Assembly: GCA_013115125.1 (NCBI GenBank)
Contig: JABANN010000150.1
Span: forward strand, 1 to 61,335
Reading direction: 5' to 3'
DNA length: 61,335 bases
DNA from: Perkinsus olseni
Taxonomy: Eukaryota
The notes under the pieces were generated by a model, which worked only from the letters and a program-made list of their open reading frames with translations, made no database searches and was not told the DNA's origin. How positions within the stretch are numbered: position 1 is the stretch's first letter; each line of letters starts with the position of its first letter. The translations under genes were made by a program, and so were the position numbers. Of the stretch, positions 60,823 to 61,335 are shown piece by piece.

Positions 60823-61262
60823 ACCAAAAGGGAGAGGTTGTATTAATGAAGCTGATGGAAAGGCAGAAGTAGAAGGGTCTAAACACAACGAGGTTGCCGG
60901 GTTGACATGCTAAGTAGTGGAAGTTAGTGCAATATTGATGATGGTGATCGCTACGCACCATCCCTAGTTGATAGGCCACTGGGCAGCAGGGACAGTGACA
61001 ACCGCGGATATACAGCAGAATAATGATGGCTACTACTACGAGTACTGCTCTCCTCGTCGTCGCTGTTACGCGTATTACAAAATGAACAACACAGCAGGAC
61101 GATGCTCCCGGATGGAGCTCATCGCTTCAAGGCATTAAGTCTGCTCTCTAGATCGTTCTCCGGAGGCGGTGGAGGGGAGGGAGGGGATCCTGAGGGTACC
61201 ATGCGAATGACTATACCAGTGAATGGTGATCCTGCCAGAGAGCTGACCGCATCCTGCAACCC

Positions 61263-61335
<73 letters not shown>
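61263..61335 (+). repeat. (CTA)n microsatellite of at least 24 units running to the window end
   Basis: Directly visible perfect repeat. Confidence 0.97.

Noticed and set aside
61263..61335. Possible telomere at the window end
   Set aside because: (CTA)n is a trinucleotide microsatellite also seen internally as (GTA)n; it lacks a TTAGGG/TTTAGGG-type unit and more likely marks a contig break.

Overview
Eukaryotic nuclear DNA, not prokaryotic. Genes are densely packed and most are broken by short (about 45-55 nt) GT-AG introns, which is why the ORF track is fragmented. Intron style, gene content and a Toxoplasma-like ATP synthase subunit d suggest a myzozoan alveolate, most likely a Perkinsus-like organism (inference). 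Left to right: the right end of a TA-flanked TIR element; about 2 kb of degenerate, hairpin-rich DNA; a short Pol5/MYBBP1A-like gene; a 55-bp mini-element with the same TIR; Rok1/DDX52; TrmO; a coiled-coil+PH gene; PDX1; a probable kinase relic; five intronless equilibrative nucleoside transporter (ENT) paralogues; a SAP-like + NSF-like AAA ATPase; ATP synthase subunit d; a ROK-like kinase; full-length CAP; Pus1/TruA; a DUF4470-like/MYND gene split across two frames; a NAK kinase; a small MGNxxSC ORF; mucolipin; a DUF229-like protein; and a Kelch-BTB protein. Coordinates of multi-exon genes are hand-inferred outer bounds, and family assignments are from remembered motifs, not searches. I found no tRNA, rRNA or CRISPR, and nothing I can confidently call a wholly new biological system. 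The best leads are the TIR family, the ENT array and the SAP-AAA and ROK-like genes.
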